Assembly: GCA_963705375.1 (NCBI GenBank)
Contig: OY970071.1
Location: 450,001-482,000, forward strand
Length of the DNA stretch: 32,000 bases
Source: Candidatus Saccharimonadota bacterium
Lineage (GTDB): Archaea > Micrarchaeota > Micrarchaeia > Micrarchaeales > Micrarchaeaceae
Direction of reading: 5' to 3'
Translations under genes and position numbers: made by a program
Shown: positions 1-8,987 of the stretch, in pieces
Layout of the letters: every line of letters begins with the position of its first letter
Numbering within the stretch: the first letter of the stretch is position 1
The notes under the pieces: model-generated
What the model saw: the letters and a program-made list of their open reading frames with translations, nothing else
Database searches by the model: none
What the model was told of the DNA's origin: nothing

Positions 1-2435
1 CGATTAGAAAGCCTTTCGACAGTTTTCGCTGCTGATTCAGCTGCCGTCATTCCGAGTATAGTGGCCTCATTGGCGTTGGATTTTGAGTATGGTATTTGCA
101 TAATATCACGTAGATTGTTAAGTGTTTTAGATATATATTCTTTTGCTTTGTGATATGGAAGCCTATTTATATCTTCCGGTACTGGCAGGATACTGAGGTC
201 GACGAGAACCGGTTCGTTTTCGGGGATTGACGGGATTCCGGGCTCGGCACGAATCGGCACGCGGCTTATGCCCAACAGGGCAGCGACCGGGGCATCGTGC
301 TCGTTTCCATCAAGGGCCTGCACCGTCTCGACAGGCACAGGCGCTCCTTTCACAGGCAAGAGCTGTTTCAGGCTTTCCAGTTTGTCGGCGCAGTAGCTTA
401 TCTTGTCCGAGTGAGAGTCCAGCATTTCAGGATTATCCAGGGAATGCGTGGTCTTTTTGTCCAGCGAAGCGGCAAGCGCCTCCAGATCGTTTTGCAGCGA
501 ATCCACCTGAGGGGCCAACAAGGAGCGGTCGTCTCCAGCATTCAGACCGTCAGCAATACTGTCAATCACAGCAATCACTTGCTGCAGGCTGGAATCGTCC
601 TCGCCGTCCAGCTTTCCGTTAAACGTGGCAAGGATGCTCTTCACGTTATTCAGCAGATCCATCGGGTCTTTCGGCGGCGCAGAGCGCAAAAGGGCGTCAA
701 GCGCGTCGACCTGCTCGTCCGATCTGTAATCTTCATCATCACAACCCACAGACTCCGGATCGGCATCGGACGGAACACCGCCTTCGGTCCCGCCCTTAAA
801 CACGTCGATCAAAGGCCCAAGCATCTCCGTGGCGGCATCCACCACATAAGCAGCATCAGGATCGCACAGTCCGAGCGAATTACTTAATGGAACCAGCAGT
901 AAAAATACAGAATTCAGTTGCGGATACAGCACCGCGCCATCGTCTTCTGTATCAAGCGTTGTTGAAAGTGCGTCTAGCGCACCAAGCACGGTTTGCAATC
1001 CCGATATGTCTGGGATGTTGGGATTTGCAAGAAGGCCTGACAGAACATCGCGGGCTGATGACAGCACGTCTTTTGGCGCTTTTTCAGAGAAAGGCACAGG
1101 CTCATTGAGCGCCTCTAGCGCAACCGGCGAGAGGACCAGAGGAAGTTGAAGCGGAGAAGATAGCCCCTGTTCGAGTGCCTTTGCCTTGAGTTCCGCATCT
1201 TTCACTGCCTTCTGATTGCTTGATGACTCTGCAGTCACCCTTGCAAACTCATTCCACGCAAAGGCAGCCGCATCAAGCGCTTCTGCCTTTACCATTGCCT
1301 CTGCAGGCTGGTCTTCAGCCATAGAATCGACATATCCCTGAAGCACGGGCACGGTCTGACGCACCCTCTCCACCACGTCCACCTCATAAAATTCGGCGTT
1401 CCACTTCTCGTTCGCTGCAATTGCCGCGGCCTTCGCCACTTCTTCTTGCCACTCTAGCTGCGCTACCAACTCGGGATCGGAATTCTCGTCAGCCCGTGCA
1501 TTCTCGAGAGCCGCAGTCGCATCTTCTGCCGCATGGGCCGCTTTCTCCGCAGGTTCTTTGTGGGTCAGGGCCCTATCAACGAAGGCAGATGATACATCAA
1601 CTGACGCACGCACTTCCTCGAATGCAGACTCCTGCCGCTCTTTTGCCGATGCACGCATGGCTTCCTTCTCAGCCTGCAACTGCTCTAATGCGGATATTTT
1701 CGGGATAACCTCTTCGTCTAATTCGGTAGACGCTGCCAATGCCTTTTTTGCACGGGCCTCTGCCTCGCCGCCAGTCTTGAATGCGGCATCTGCCGCATCA
1801 CTCTGCACATCTTCTGGTGCCCGTCCGGCTTCAGCTACGACGTCTAGCGCATGAGCCGTTGCCGTTAATGCCGCACTTATGACCATGAACGAGGTAGTCG
1901 CCACATGCAATACATTCTCGGCAGCATCCAATGTCGCAGCAGCTTCTTTTTCCCGCAGACCTGCAGCCTTCGATGACGCGCCTGCTGCACGGGCCAGCGC
2001 GTCAGGTATTGTTGTTGCAATACCGGCCGCCTTGACCGCCTGGAGTGCCTGAAGCGCTTCTTCATCACTAGCCCACACTGTAGCCATTGTCGCCTCAAGG
2101 GCAGCCTGTGTCCTCGCCGACGCCTCTTCGATTGCGTCGGCTGCGGCATTTTGCGCCGCTGTCAGCACCTCTGCTTTCTCTTTTGCGTCCTGTGCTGCGT
2201 TTAGCTCTGCAGCCTCTGCAGCATCATGCACGGCCCTTGCCCGTTCCGCCGCGCCGTCTACCTTGCTCTGCCATTGTTCCAAGCGGCCCTTTAGGATCTG
2301 GAGGAGACGCTCCTGCTCTTTCAGTTTGGCATCCAATGTCCTAACAGCATCATCATCAATCATTGCGAGGCTTCCCGAGTCTGCCGAGGCGCCTTCAGCA
2401 GCCCTGTCTGGTCCCGTCTTCTTACTAAATGGCAT
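1..2435 (-). CDS. Large acidic Ala/Glu/Asp/Leu-rich protein, predicted alpha-helical/coiled-coil, function unknown. Its 3' end runs off the left window edge; at least 811 codons are visible.
   Basis: Not in the supplied ORF track, presumably because there is no stop inside the window. I checked every tta/cta/tca on the + strand of 1-2435, and none lies in the frame set by ATG 2435..2433. The upstream in-frame stop is at 2462..2460. The translation begins MPFSKKTGPDRAAEGASADSGSLAMIDDDAVRTLDAKLKEQERLLQILKGRLEQWQ and reads ...TAAESAAKTVERLSN at the window edge. All track ORFs in 227-2451 are short shadows in other frames. Confidence 0.75.
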   Translation of the reverse strand, partial: MPFSKKTGPDRAAEGASADSGSLAMIDDDAVRTLDAKLKEQERLLQILKGRLEQWQSKVDGAAERARAVHDAAEAAELNAAQDAKEKAEVLTAAQNAAADAIEEASARTQAALEATMATVWASDEEALQALQAVKAAGIATTIPDALARAAGASSKAAGLREKEAAATLDAAENVLHVATTSFMVISAALTATAHALDVVAEAGRAPEDVQSDAADAAFKTGGEAEARAKKALAASTELDEEVIPKISALEQLQAEKEAMRASAKERQESAFEEVRASVDVSSAFVDRALTHKEPAEKAAHAAEDATAALENARADENSDPELVAQLEWQEEVAKAAAIAANEKWNAEFYEVDVVERVRQTVPVLQGYVDSMAEDQPAEAMVKAEALDAAAFAWNEFARVTAESSSNQKAVKDAELKAKALEQGLSSPLQLPLVLSPVALEALNEPVPFSEKAPKDVLSSARDVLSGLLANPNIPDISGLQTVLGALDALSTTLDTEDDGAVLYPQLNSVFLLLVPLSNSLGLCDPDAAYVVDAATEMLGPLIDVFKGGTEGGVPSDADPESVGCDDEDYRSDEQVDALDALLRSAPPKDPMDLLNNVKSILATFNGKLDGEDDSSLQQVIAVIDSIADGLNAGDDRSLLAPQVDSLQNDLEALAASLDKKTTHSLDNPEMLDSHSDKISYCADKLESLKQLLPVKGAPVPVETVQALDGNEHDAPVAALLGISRVPIRAEPGIPSIPENEPVLVDLSILPVPEDINRLPYHKAKEYISKTLNNLRDIMQIPYSKSNANEATILGMTAAESAAKTVERLSN

Positions 2436-2465
2436 AAGTATACAAGGGTAAATCAGAGACTAATC

Positions 2466-2473
2466 ATATATAA
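2466..2473 (-). promoter_or_regulatory. TATA box for the large acidic-protein gene
   Basis: The minus strand reads ttatatat, centred about 34 nt upstream of ATG 2435. This is the archaeal TATA position for a very short leader. Confidence 0.5.
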
Positions 2474-2623
2474 GCTTTTCGAAGAAATGACAGAAAGGTT
2501 ATTAAAACTTTGCATAGGCACACGAGGGCAGCCCATTCGGAGCGCACGGATTAGTGTGCCGACCTCAGGCGCACATTGATGCGGCCTTGCATGCGACGGC
2601 AAGGCCTTGGTCACTTCTCAACG

Positions 2624-2632
2624 TATTTATAA
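2624..2632 (+). promoter_or_regulatory. TATA box for thrS (leaderless)
   Basis: tatttataa is centred about 26 nt upstream of ATG 2654. Confidence 0.55.
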
Positions 2633-2653
2633 GTATACGTGCATGTGGTACGC

Positions 2654-4348
2654 ATGCGGATACTTCAACTGGATTGCGACAGCATAAGCTATGAGCTCAT
2701 CAAGCCGGAGAGCAGCGTCTACGAGGAAAGCGATGAGAAGAAGGTCACGATAGACGATGCGCTCGCGCTGCTGGTGAGCGTCGAGAAAGGGGATGACAAC
2801 AGCGTTGTTGACAAAGCTATTGAAGATGTTTCAAGGCAGATGGCGCAGCTCAAGAGGAAGAGGCTTGTCGTGTATCCGTTCGCGCACCTGAGCAGCAACC
2901 TGTCAGAGCCTAAGGGCGCACTGGCGGTCATCGAGTACATGGCCAAAAGCGCGGAATCGAAAGGCCTGGAGGTCAGGAAGGCGCCGTTCGGATGGAACAA
3001 GAGATTGAGCATAAACGTGAAAGGGCATCCGCTTGCGGAGCAGGCGCGCTCCTATGGCGCCGGAGAGCCCCACGCAAAGCACAAGAAAGAGGAGGACATA
3101 GCGCGCGTCGACACCTCGATAGTCAGGAAGAGCGAAATGTCAGGCCTGCCTGAGACGGACCACAGGACGATAGGGGAGAAGCTGGATCTGTTCAGCTTCC
3201 AGGAAGTGTCTCCGGGCATGGTCTACTGGCACAGGAACGGGCTCATACTCTACAGGCAGCTCACGAACTTCATGAGGGATATGATACAGAAGTACAACTA
3301 CGAGGAGATCAGCACGCCGACGCTGGCCAACATCGCGCTATGGCACGTCAGCGGCCACATAAGCCATTACAAGGACAACATGTTCGTGTTCAATTCCGAG
3401 AAGGAGCAGCTGGGGATGAAGCCGATGAACTGCCCTTCGACAATACTGATATTCAAGTCAAGGAAGTGGAGCTACAGGGAGCTGCCGTTCAGGACTGCCA
3501 TATTCGACAGGCTCTACAGGAACGAGATAAGCGGAGCCCTGACAGGCCTGTTCAGAGTCAGGGAGCTGACGCAGGACGACGGCCACATATTCATCGCGGA
3601 AGAGCAGCTAGAAGACGAGCTGAAGTCGCTCTTGAGGCTTGTCAAGGAGGTGTACGACACATTCCAGATGCAGTTCAAGGCGAAGCTCTCCACCATGCCC
3701 GATGAGCATCTCGGAGACGAGGCCTTGTGGGAGAGAGCTACGGAGCTTCTCAAGAACGCGCTGGAAGTCAACGGAATGAAGTACGAGGTCAAGGATAAGG
3801 AGGGCGCATTCTACGGCCCGAAGATAGACTTCGACGTCTTCGACTCGATGGGCAGGTCGTGGCAGTGCGCGACGATACAGCTGGACTACCAGTTGCCGAT
3901 ACGCTTCAAATTGGAGTATGCAGGCGAGGACGGAAAGCTGCACACTCCGATAATGGTACACAGGGCGATACTTGGCTCGCTGGAGAGGTTCACGGGCATA
4001 CTGATAGAGCACTACCAGGGCAAGTTCCCGACGTGGCTCGCTCCTGTGCAGACCATGGTCATATCGATATCAGAGGCAGCCAACGCCTATGCTGACGAGG
4101 TGTATGCCGAGCTCAAGAGGCATGGCGTGAGAGCAGGCATAGACGTGGCGGACAAGACCCTGGAATACAAGATAAGGGACGCTCAGCTGCAGAAGGTGCC
4201 GTACATGCTCGTGCTCGGCAAGAAAGAGCAGGAGTCTAAGACCGTTACGATACGCGACAGGTCAGGCAAACAAGAACATGGAGTGAAGCTTGAGGACTTC
4301 GTGAAAAGGTTTAATGAAGAGGTACGCACGCGCAGAAGTGTTGTGTAG
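2654..4348 (+). CDS. thrS: Threonyl-tRNA synthetase, archaeal type with N-terminal editing domain
   Basis: The track ORF is 2639..4348 with a GTG start. I place the start at ATG 2654 (MRILQLDCDSISYELIKPE, the typical archaeal ThrRS N-terminus), which fits the TATA spacing. ThrRS/class II signatures seen: FRVRELTQDDGHIF, GAFYGPKIDF, HRAILGSLERF. A C-terminal anticodon-binding region is present. Confidence 0.93.
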   Translation: MRILQLDCDSISYELIKPESSVYEESDEKKVTIDDALALLVSVEKGDDNSVVDKAIEDVSRQMAQLKRKRLVVYPFAHLSSNLSEPKGALAVIEYMAKSAESKGLEVRKAPFGWNKRLSINVKGHPLAEQARSYGAGEPHAKHKKEEDIARVDTSIVRKSEMSGLPETDHRTIGEKLDLFSFQEVSPGMVYWHRNGLILYRQLTNFMRDMIQKYNYEEISTPTLANIALWHVSGHISHYKDNMFVFNSEKEQLGMKPMNCPSTILIFKSRKWSYRELPFRTAIFDRLYRNEISGALTGLFRVRELTQDDGHIFIAEEQLEDELKSLLRLVKEVYDTFQMQFKAKLSTMPDEHLGDEALWERATELLKNALEVNGMKYEVKDKEGAFYGPKIDFDVFDSMGRSWQCATIQLDYQLPIRFKLEYAGEDGKLHTPIMVHRAILGSLERFTGILIEHYQGKFPTWLAPVQTMVISISEAANAYADEVYAELKRHGVRAGIDVADKTLEYKIRDAQLQKVPYMLVLGKKEQESKTVTIRDRSGKQEHGVKLEDFVKRFNEEVRTRRSVV

Positions 4349-4508
4349 TCGGACTCTTGCCGAGTGGTTGAGAGGCGCTAGTCTCCAGTAGATACCCCGT
4401 TCCTATTTTATCCAGCACTCTTTTTCATGTAGGAGATAGGCACAACGAAGACAGCACAAGGATGGTTTTATATAATTAAACTTTATAAATTCTATTAAGG
4501 AGATGCGA

Positions 4509-4607
4509 ATGAAGGCATTAGAAGAGCAAGGTCATTTTGTGCTAAAGTACACCATAGACGAAACAGAAAAAGTTGTGACTATAGTCGATTACGAGCACCA
4601 CACATAA
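4509..4607 (+). CDS. Candidate small protein, 32 aa (34 aa if started at the in-frame ATG 4503)
   Basis: Below the track cut-off. TATA-like tttatata at 4467-4474, GGAG at 4499-4502 six nt before ATG 4509, stop TAA at 4605-4607. Product: MKALEEQGHFVLKYTIDETEKVVTIVDYEHHT. No homology evidence is available. Confidence 0.25.
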   Translation: MKALEEQGHFVLKYTIDETEKVVTIVDYEHHT

Positions 4608-4731
4608 CTTAGCATGCATTTGAATCTGTTCTTAATGCAGTTATTATATAGATGGAGCTGCAAGATGCCATATACAAAGGCTCAAGCGAATGTGCCTTAT
4701 TTCTTTGCGTGAAAAGCTTTATGGGAAATCG

Positions 4732-6438
4732 ATGTACGTTCTAGGAGTATGGGATGGGCACGATTCAGGAGCTGCTCTTATCGGAGATAGGGGCATAGTG
4801 TTTGCCGCGAACGAGGAGCGCTTTACAAAGAGGAAGCTTGAGATAGAGTTTCCGTACAACTCGATAAGGGCAGCGCTGGCTTTCGAAGGCATAAAGCCGT
4901 CGGAAGTGGAGCATGTGGCGTTCACCACAGCGGAGTTCACCAAGACGCTTGAGCGCATATTCCCTTCGATGAAGGAGAGCTACTACCAGTTCAGGCGTAG
5001 GAAAATCACGAAGCCGATGTTTGAGAACGAGAGGCACAACCTCAAGTACAGGATGACAAATGTCGGAGTGCTGCCACTGTGCAGCAGCGTGAGCAAGAGC
5101 ATCGTAGCGAAAAGGCTGAGAGGCATGGGCTTCTCAAAGACGAAGATACATGCGGTAGACCACCATACTGCGCATGCCGCATGCGCCGCGTTCACTGCGC
5201 CGTTCAAGAGGTCGCTTGTGATAACGATGGACGGACTCGGGGACGGCCTGTCAGGCAGCATAAACACATTCGAGAATGGAAGGCTTGAGAGGCATATCGC
5301 CATACCTGCAAGGCACTCTCTCGGGATAATGTTCGAGCAGGTCACAAACATAGCAGGCATGCGCGAGCTCGAAGACGAGGGCAAAGTGATGGCGATGGCA
5401 GACTACTCCTATCCGTTCAGTTACGAAGAGAATAGATTGAATGATCTCTTCAAGGTCACTGGCACAACGATAGCTGCAAAGCACAGCGCAGTGAGGCAGT
5501 TCGCGCTCCTTCAGAAGATCGCATGGCAGACGCCAAGGGAGCAGTTCGCATACATGGCGCAGCAGCTGCTCGAGAACGCGCTAGTGAAGTTTGTCGGCAA
5601 CGCCATCGACAGGTATTCGATAGGCAGCATCGCACTTGCAGGCGGACTCTTCTCCAATGTGAAAGCGAACATGAAGATAAGAATGCTCAATGGAGTGAAG
5701 CACTGGTACATATTCCCGCACATGGGCGACGGCGGCATGGCTCTTGGCGCGGCGCTTTACACCAAGTACCTCCTTGACGGCAGCAGCAGCCACCATTTCG
5801 GAGCTTACCTCGGCAACGAGTACAGCGCAGAGCAAACGGAGTATGTGCTCAAAAGCGAGCCGAGCCTAAGTTACCAGCGCGAAAGCAAGGAGGAGCAGGC
5901 ATCGCACGCGAGCGAGCTAATAAGCAGCGGAAACTACGCACTCTGGTTCCAGGGCAGGATGGAGTACGGTCCGAGGGCTCTGGGCAACAGGAGCATAATA
6001 GCGCCAGCAGACTCTGAAACAGTCAAGGACAGGCTGAACCTGTATGTGAAGAAGCGCGAGTGGTACCAGCCCTTCGCACCATCGATGTTAGACGATGATG
6101 CGGAACATCTGCTGGAGTTCGACTGCAAAGGCCACGACAGGTTCATGACGATGGCCTACATGGTGAAAGAAGAGCACAGGAAGAGGACCGCTTCGGTGAT
6201 GCATGTTGATGGCTCTGCAAGGCCGCAGATGGTAAGCAGCGAGAATCCCGAATACGAGAGCATGCTCAAGCACGTTAAGAGGCGCACAGGAACAGGCGTG
6301 GTGCTTAACACGAGCTTCAACATACACGGCATGCCGATAGTCATGAGCCCTGTAGATGCGGTAGACACCATGAAGAAGACCAAGGCGAAGTACATGTTCA
6401 TAAACGGATTCTTTGTGACCAACAGCAACGGTGTATGA
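4732..6438 (+). CDS. NodU/CmcH-family carbamoyltransferase
   Basis: Motifs HHTAHAACAAF, GPRALGNRSI, REWYQPFAPS and VLNTSFNIHGMPIV. Start moved from the track ATG 4690 to ATG 4732 because MYVLGVWDGHDSGAALI matches family N-termini. ATG 4690 remains possible. Confidence 0.88.
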   Translation: MYVLGVWDGHDSGAALIGDRGIVFAANEERFTKRKLEIEFPYNSIRAALAFEGIKPSEVEHVAFTTAEFTKTLERIFPSMKESYYQFRRRKITKPMFENERHNLKYRMTNVGVLPLCSSVSKSIVAKRLRGMGFSKTKIHAVDHHTAHAACAAFTAPFKRSLVITMDGLGDGLSGSINTFENGRLERHIAIPARHSLGIMFEQVTNIAGMRELEDEGKVMAMADYSYPFSYEENRLNDLFKVTGTTIAAKHSAVRQFALLQKIAWQTPREQFAYMAQQLLENALVKFVGNAIDRYSIGSIALAGGLFSNVKANMKIRMLNGVKHWYIFPHMGDGGMALGAALYTKYLLDGSSSHHFGAYLGNEYSAEQTEYVLKSEPSLSYQRESKEEQASHASELISSGNYALWFQGRMEYGPRALGNRSIIAPADSETVKDRLNLYVKKREWYQPFAPSMLDDDAEHLLEFDCKGHDRFMTMAYMVKEEHRKRTASVMHVDGSARPQMVSSENPEYESMLKHVKRRTGTGVVLNTSFNIHGMPIVMSPVDAVDTMKKTKAKYMFINGFFVTNSNGV

Positions 6439-8154
6439 ATGGCGGTGGCGCTCACAGAGTACCTCATGACTGCAGGAATACTTGTCGCTTTTGCAGGCCT
6501 GATCATAGGCTGTGTGTATGAGAGGAAGCGCATCATGCATGCAGTGAAAAGCGCCGGCCTTGATAAGAGATACTTAATACTCGCATTCGTGATAGTCGCA
6601 GCGTTCGTCGCGATAGAGCTCTTGACCGTCAAGCCAACACAGCTCCTTTTCTTCGACGACGCGATATACCAGGGCATGGCGCAGGAGCTGATACACACAG
6701 GACAGGCAGTTATGTGCGACTATGGCACGCCGACAGCGTGCTTTACAGGGGAGGTGTTCCACGAGCCGATAGGACTGTCTTTCGACATCGCGATCGCGTT
6801 CCTTGTCTTTGGCGTCCATAGAGCCACTGCTTACGGGGCAGAGCTCTTCCTGGCCGCGACCGCGGTGCTGATGACGTTCTTTGTGGCGCTGCTGATTTTC
6901 AAGAACGCAAAGGCCGCAGTCTTCTCCGAGATCCTGATAGCGCTTTCTCCCGTTGTCCTCGTTTGGGCGATGCCCACCAACTCAGACATTGCAGCCCTTA
7001 CCTATTCATTGGTGGCATTATTCTTCATGCTAGTGTTCATGAGAGACAAGCGCACGTGGAGCTTTTCCAACATGCTGATGGCATTCGCGCTTCTCAGTTA
7101 CATGAAGGTCAACGCACTGTTCTACGCACCGGTATTCGCAGTCATGTACGTGCTTCTAGGAAATGGCGGTGCGCTTCACACGTTAAAGGACACGGTGCGA
7201 CTTGCGATAAAGCATTTCTTAAACACAAATGTACTTGTCGCACTTCTGGTGTTTGTAGTGGCGATAGCGCCATCAATCACCTATGCGGCATACGAGTCAC
7301 AATACGGCTACTACGGCGCAATAGGCAGCATGCAGGACACGTGCGCAAAGAATTACACCTCTGTGAACGTTACGGGAAACACGAACCTTCAGAATTTCAG
7401 GGAGAACGTGTGCGCGAACGTAGCGTTCTGGTTTGATGCATACAAAGACCAGCACGTCATGCAGCCTCTCATATTCACAGCGCTGGCACTGCTAGGCGTA
7501 GCGCTGATGCTGATGTCAGGCAAAGTGCACGATCTTGCAGCGATCGCGTTCTGGTTCCTGGCATTGTTCGCACTCTATACCTCGTTCTATGCAGGCAGCG
7601 TCATATTTGGAATAGACTGGCGCTACATGCTGAGCCTGATCGCCCAGACAAGCATGCTTGGAGGCTTTGCGGTCGCGTTTGTACTTGATAGGATAGCATC
7701 GATTAAGAAAAAATATGCGCTAGTTTTCAACTGCGCCGCGATAGTGGTTGTTGGCGCAGTACTCGTGTATCCTCTGTACGCACTGTACCCGCAGCTGTCT
7801 ATAAATCCGGAGCGCATACAGCAAGCAGGCGAGGCGCGCTTCTACGAGAACTTCATATTCAACAGCAGCTCAGAGATACCCGCATCGTGCCTGGTCTATA
7901 CCTACGATCCTTCGCTGTTCATAGTCAACAACAGATCCGCCATACAGCTAGCAGGCCTGTACAACACAAGCCAGTACGAAGAGCTTTCATCAGAGTACAG
8001 CTGTGCTGTTCTGGATTACGGGTATTGGTGCCATACTCCGGACAACCTGTGCTCCGGTGTCAACAAAAGCTTCGATTTGACTCCGATAGCGACAACAACA
8101 TACAAACAGCTGAACTACAACTACGGATTGTACTACCTGCATGTGAAGAAATAG
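6439..8154 (+). CDS. Polytopic GT-C fold glycosyltransferase, ArnT/PMT_2 (GT39/GT83)-like
   Basis: 571 aa with many hydrophobic helices. The first-loop acidic motif is FFDDAIYQGMAQELIHTG, the ArnT/PMT-type D[DE]..Y...A.E pattern. The C-terminal soluble domain is Cys-rich and sequon-rich. The ATG directly abuts the upstream stop (gta TGA ATG gcg). Confidence 0.65.
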   Translation: MAVALTEYLMTAGILVAFAGLIIGCVYERKRIMHAVKSAGLDKRYLILAFVIVAAFVAIELLTVKPTQLLFFDDAIYQGMAQELIHTGQAVMCDYGTPTACFTGEVFHEPIGLSFDIAIAFLVFGVHRATAYGAELFLAATAVLMTFFVALLIFKNAKAAVFSEILIALSPVVLVWAMPTNSDIAALTYSLVALFFMLVFMRDKRTWSFSNMLMAFALLSYMKVNALFYAPVFAVMYVLLGNGGALHTLKDTVRLAIKHFLNTNVLVALLVFVVAIAPSITYAAYESQYGYYGAIGSMQDTCAKNYTSVNVTGNTNLQNFRENVCANVAFWFDAYKDQHVMQPLIFTALALLGVALMLMSGKVHDLAAIAFWFLALFALYTSFYAGSVIFGIDWRYMLSLIAQTSMLGGFAVAFVLDRIASIKKKYALVFNCAAIVVVGAVLVYPLYALYPQLSINPERIQQAGEARFYENFIFNSSSEIPASCLVYTYDPSLFIVNNRSAIQLAGLYNTSQYEELSSEYSCAVLDYGYWCHTPDNLCSGVNKSFDLTPIATTTYKQLNYNYGLYYLHVKK

Positions 8155-8248
8155 ACTGACATGTTTAACTTCTCCTTAAGCCACGCTTGCCGCAACAAGT
8201 ATGCTTATCCTATGTTATTCTGTGGTGCCGGATGCGCATATCCACTTT

Positions 8249-8272
8249 TTGTGTATCGATATCTATACAAAA
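8249..8272. promoter_or_regulatory. Imperfect 24-bp palindrome abutting the TATA box of abiEi-1; candidate operator
   Basis: ttgtgtatcgat|atctatacaaaa, with 10 of 12 symmetric pairs. It is followed directly by TATA gtataaata (8273-8281), which is centred about 27 nt upstream of ATG 8304. Confidence 0.45.
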
Positions 8273-8303
8273 GTATAAATATCTTACCATATAATAGTAT
8301 ATC

Positions 8304-8987
8304 ATGAAGTTCGAAGGGGTATTGAATACACTCCTGAAATCCAACAAGCGCGTATTCACAACGTACGACGTCGCGAAGCTGATGGGCAAATCTCCAGCCT
8401 ATGCATCGCTGATGCTTTCCAAGAACAAAAGGGCGATGAGGATAGAACGAGGAAAGTATTTCCTTGAGGAAGCAAGCGCATATGAGATAGCCTCAAACAT
8501 AGTTTTCCCGTCATATATAAGCTTGCAGGCAGGACTGGAGTATTACGGACTCATAGACCAGAACATAGTGCGCTATTCAGTAATAGCGTTGAAAAGGCAC
8601 AGGACCGTCGATATAAAGGGAAGCATCATAGAGTTCATAAAGGCGGATAAAAGAATGTTCTTTGGATATTTGAACAAGGCAAACGTATATGTTGCGTCTC
8701 CAGAAAAGCTCTTCATAGATTGCCTTTATTTCGGCAGAGTGCAGTTCTCAACACTGAAGGAGGCTTTGGCCGTAGCGGTGAGCGAGCACATTATCGATAC
8801 CGGAGTGCTGCAGGAACATGCAATAGCTGCAGACAGCAAAGTGCTTGCAAGCAAGCTCGGTTTTCTGCTCGAATCGGCAGGAATAAATGCCGAAAGGCTG
8901 TTTCCATATAGATATCGCAATTACGTAAGAATACGGAATGTCGGAGTCAAAGGAAAAAACAGAAAATGGCGGATAAACTATGATTGA
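8304..8987 (+). CDS. abiEi: AbiEi/COG5340-type antitoxin and transcriptional regulator (module 1)
   Basis: N-terminal wHTH-like FTTYDVAKLMGKSPAYASLMLSKNKRAMRIERGKYFL. C-terminal block PSYISLQAGLEYYGL...FFGY...VASPEKLFIDCLYF. Overlaps the downstream NTase gene by 8 nt. Confidence 0.8.
   Translation: MKFEGVLNTLLKSNKRVFTTYDVAKLMGKSPAYASLMLSKNKRAMRIERGKYFLEEASAYEIASNIVFPSYISLQAGLEYYGLIDQNIVRYSVIALKRHRTVDIKGSIIEFIKADKRMFFGYLNKANVYVASPEKLFIDCLYFGRVQFSTLKEALAVAVSEHIIDTGVLQEHAIAADSKVLASKLGFLLESAGINAERLFPYRYRNYVRIRNVGVKGKNRKWRINYD

Noticed and set aside
227-2451. Eight track ORFs of 62-196 aa on both strands (e.g. 297..887 +, 1877..2149 -).
   Set aside because: All lie inside, and out of frame with or antisense to, the uninterrupted open frame of at least 811 codons on the minus strand. 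Their Arg/Pro/Ser/His-rich translations are typical shadows of an Ala-rich GC-rich gene.
2639-2653. GTG 2639 as the thrS start (track).
   Set aside because: ATG 2654 gives the conserved MRIL... archaeal ThrRS N-terminus and lies ~26 nt from the TATA box. GTG 2639 would lie upstream of the predicted transcription start.
4355-4400. tRNA-like string gccgagtggttgagaggcgc, resembling a class II tRNA D-arm, just after thrS.
   Set aside because: No acceptor stem, anticodon arm or GTTC(G/A)A T-loop can be built around it. It is probably chance or part of the thrS 3' region.
6088-6698. 150-aa and 180-aa minus-strand ORFs spanning the carbamoyltransferase/GT-C junction.
   Set aside because: They are antisense to two motif-supported genes. 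Their translations are low-complexity with no promoter or RBS context.
8198-8211. Possible degenerate direct repeat flanking AbiE module 1: cgcaacaagtatgc at 8198-8211 versus cgcagcaaggtagc at 9806-9819.
   Set aside because: The similarity needs indels and mismatches over only 14 nt, which is not distinguishable from chance without comparative data.
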